Part shown: positions 48,610 through 49,865 of the stretch, piece after piece | How the letters are laid out: the number at the start of each line of letters is the position of its first letter | How positions within the stretch are numbered: position 1 is the stretch's first letter | Source: an uncultured delta proteobacterium | GTDB lineage: Bacteria > Desulfobacterota > WTBG01 > CAIYCZ01 | Assembly (NCBI GenBank): GCA_963803975.1 | Contig: CAWDOY010000002.1 | Span: 1-49,865 of the forward strand | Direction of reading: 5' to 3' | DNA: 49,865 nucleotides | Notes under the pieces: generated by a model | What the model saw: the letters and a program-made list of their open reading frames with translations, nothing else | The model's database searches: none | What the model was told of the DNA's origin: nothing | Translations under genes and position numbers: made by a program

Positions 48610-48652
48610 GTTACCCTACAAAACTTGTTTTGTTTTAAACATGTAGGGTAAC
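48610..48652. repeat. Palindromic site GTTACCCTACA-N21-TGTAGGGTAAC (left copy)
   Basis: 11 bp perfect inverted arms, 21 bp spacer, separated by one base from the NTase stop codon. Confidence 0.85.
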
Positions 48653-48653
48653 C

Positions 48654-49649
48654 TTACTGTAAGATAGCAACAACCGCCTTTATTGATTCTGCCTCAAGGG
48701 GAAACAGGTCCAAAGATTTGTTTAAAGCGTTTTTAATTAATTTCTTCCAGGTTTTGGGAAATTTCCCCCACTGTTTTTTAAGTTTTGCAAGTTCATTTTT
48801 ATTTGTTAGTACGAATTTACCTGCAATGATTACCTGGCGGAGGTCTTTTTCCATTTTATCTTTTCTTGTTGCACGGGTAGAGAGAAGTAATTTATGAAGC
48901 ATGAAACAGGCTGGAGCGGGGACTTTTACTTTTATCCCACGAGCAATACTGATTGTTATTGGTTCTTCACTTAAAATTTCCAGAAATCGCAATAATTGAG
49001 GGGAAACTGAAATTTGTTTTACATATTCAGTATGCTTTAATCCCTTGCCCTTTTGCGGAGCTAAAAATTCAACTTTTAAAAGGTTGCCACTGTAAAAAAT
49101 CGAGCCGTCCAGATTAAACCGCTCCTCGAACCCAAGCCCTCTTAAAAATAAGGCAAAATCAAACGGTTTCCCTTTATATGGTAAAGGTATGAGAATATCG
49201 AGGTCCTGCGTTTTTAATGGATATTTTTCCACGGCAAGATATTTCTGGTAAAATAAAAAGCACCAGCTGCCAATTATTTCAACCCCGGCATCCCATAGTC
49301 TTTCCTCGGTCAATTTGGCAAGAATATCCCTGATGGGTGATGTTAAATCAGATTCTTTTGAGGGTTTTTCATGTAACAACCGTATAGCTTCACGTGTTTT
49401 TTTAAGGTGTAATTCAAGCTGCTTCTTTTGCTTTTTCTGTTCAAGCAGCCGATCGGGTATCTCCTTGCCTATATATTCATCAATGACCCGGAGGCCTTTT
49501 CTATATTGTAAATAGTAGTATGTTTCACCTTTAATATTTTTTCTTTTTATATTTCCCTTCTGCAGCAGAGCAAGCCTCGAGATAATTGTTTTTTCCTGTT
49601 CCAAATAGAATTCAAGACTCTCTTTTAAAGTGTTTTTTAAATCTTCCAT
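48654..49649 (-). CDS. GSU2403-family nucleotidyltransferase-fold protein with basic N-terminal domain
   Basis: IIGSW and TQDLD (GS/DxD), VEFLAP, P..FMLHKL, KDL.Q; N-terminal KG.TYYYLQYR..YIG domain; visibly more AT-rich than neighbours. Confidence 0.8.
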   Translation of the reverse strand: MEDLKNTLKESLEFYLEQEKTIISRLALLQKGNIKRKNIKGETYYYLQYRKGLRVIDEYIGKEIPDRLLEQKKQKKQLELHLKKTREAIRLLHEKPSKESDLTSPIRDILAKLTEERLWDAGVEIIGSWCFLFYQKYLAVEKYPLKTQDLDILIPLPYKGKPFDFALFLRGLGFEERFNLDGSIFYSGNLLKVEFLAPQKGKGLKHTEYVKQISVSPQLLRFLEILSEEPITISIARGIKVKVPAPACFMLHKLLLSTRATRKDKMEKDLRQVIIAGKFVLTNKNELAKLKKQWGKFPKTWKKLIKNALNKSLDLFPLEAESIKAVVAILQ

Positions 49650-49657
49650 TTTATTAT

Positions 49658-49700
49658 GTTACCCTACAAACAAGATAATTGCAACAGATTGTAGGGTAAC
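49658..49700. repeat. Palindromic site GTTACCCTACA-N21-TGTAGGGTAAC (right copy)
   Basis: Same 11 bp arms and same 21 bp spacing as 48610-48652, 8 nt upstream of the NTase ATG. Confidence 0.85.
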
Positions 49701-49865
49701 TGTAAAATCCAGAGAGAATGTGAAATAGGGGGCAGCTATCCCGATTTTGATCATAGAAGTTTGATGTGCGAGGCTCACGGACCTTCGACGAGCTCAGGTC
49801 GAAGTGCTCACCGCAGACAGATGAACGCGGATAATTTTTTACCTGTCATTGCGAGTCCGCCCAAG

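Noticed and set aside
48610..49700. Canonical dif/pdif or attC sites
   Set aside because: Spacer is 21 bp not 6, arms are not XerC/D consensus, attC core geometry absent; kept only as a novel-site hypothesis

Overview
A 49.9 kb chromosomal window from an anaerobic bacterium; gene content (DksA, GH57/GalT locus, HydABC/BamGHI-like Fe-S flavoprotein, GEMM riboswitch, sigma-54 promoter) suggests a deltaproteobacterium (Desulfobacterota-like), which is inference. It has about 41 CDSs, one tRNA-Asn(GTT) and a c-di-GMP-I riboswitch. Eight otherwise conserved genes are split by single-base indels, several in homopolymer runs, most likely uncorrected long-read errors. Highlights: (1) a 10 kb co-oriented candidate biosynthetic operon (31041-41277) with two B12-radical SAM enzymes, a homocitrate-synthase/homoaconitase-like 2-oxoacid elongation set lacking its dehydrogenase, an atypical TrxB-fold flavoprotein and a LuxE/LuxC acid-reductase pair without luciferase; (2) an AT-rich nucleotidyltransferase gene (48654-49649) bracketed by two palindromic sites with identical arms, GTTACCCTACA-N21-TGTAGGGTAAC, inside inverted ends and a duplicated 5' end of the DUF72 gene, i.e. 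a recombinase-less cassette; (3) an island between priA and tRNA-Asn with a ~92 nt internally deleted group IIC intron, an inverted decayed paralog, and a sigma-54 / c-di-GMP riboswitch-controlled Thr-rich surface protein; (4) a NuoE/F/G-like trimer with no catalytic subunit; (5) a DacZ-like cyclase + DHH phosphoesterase pair.
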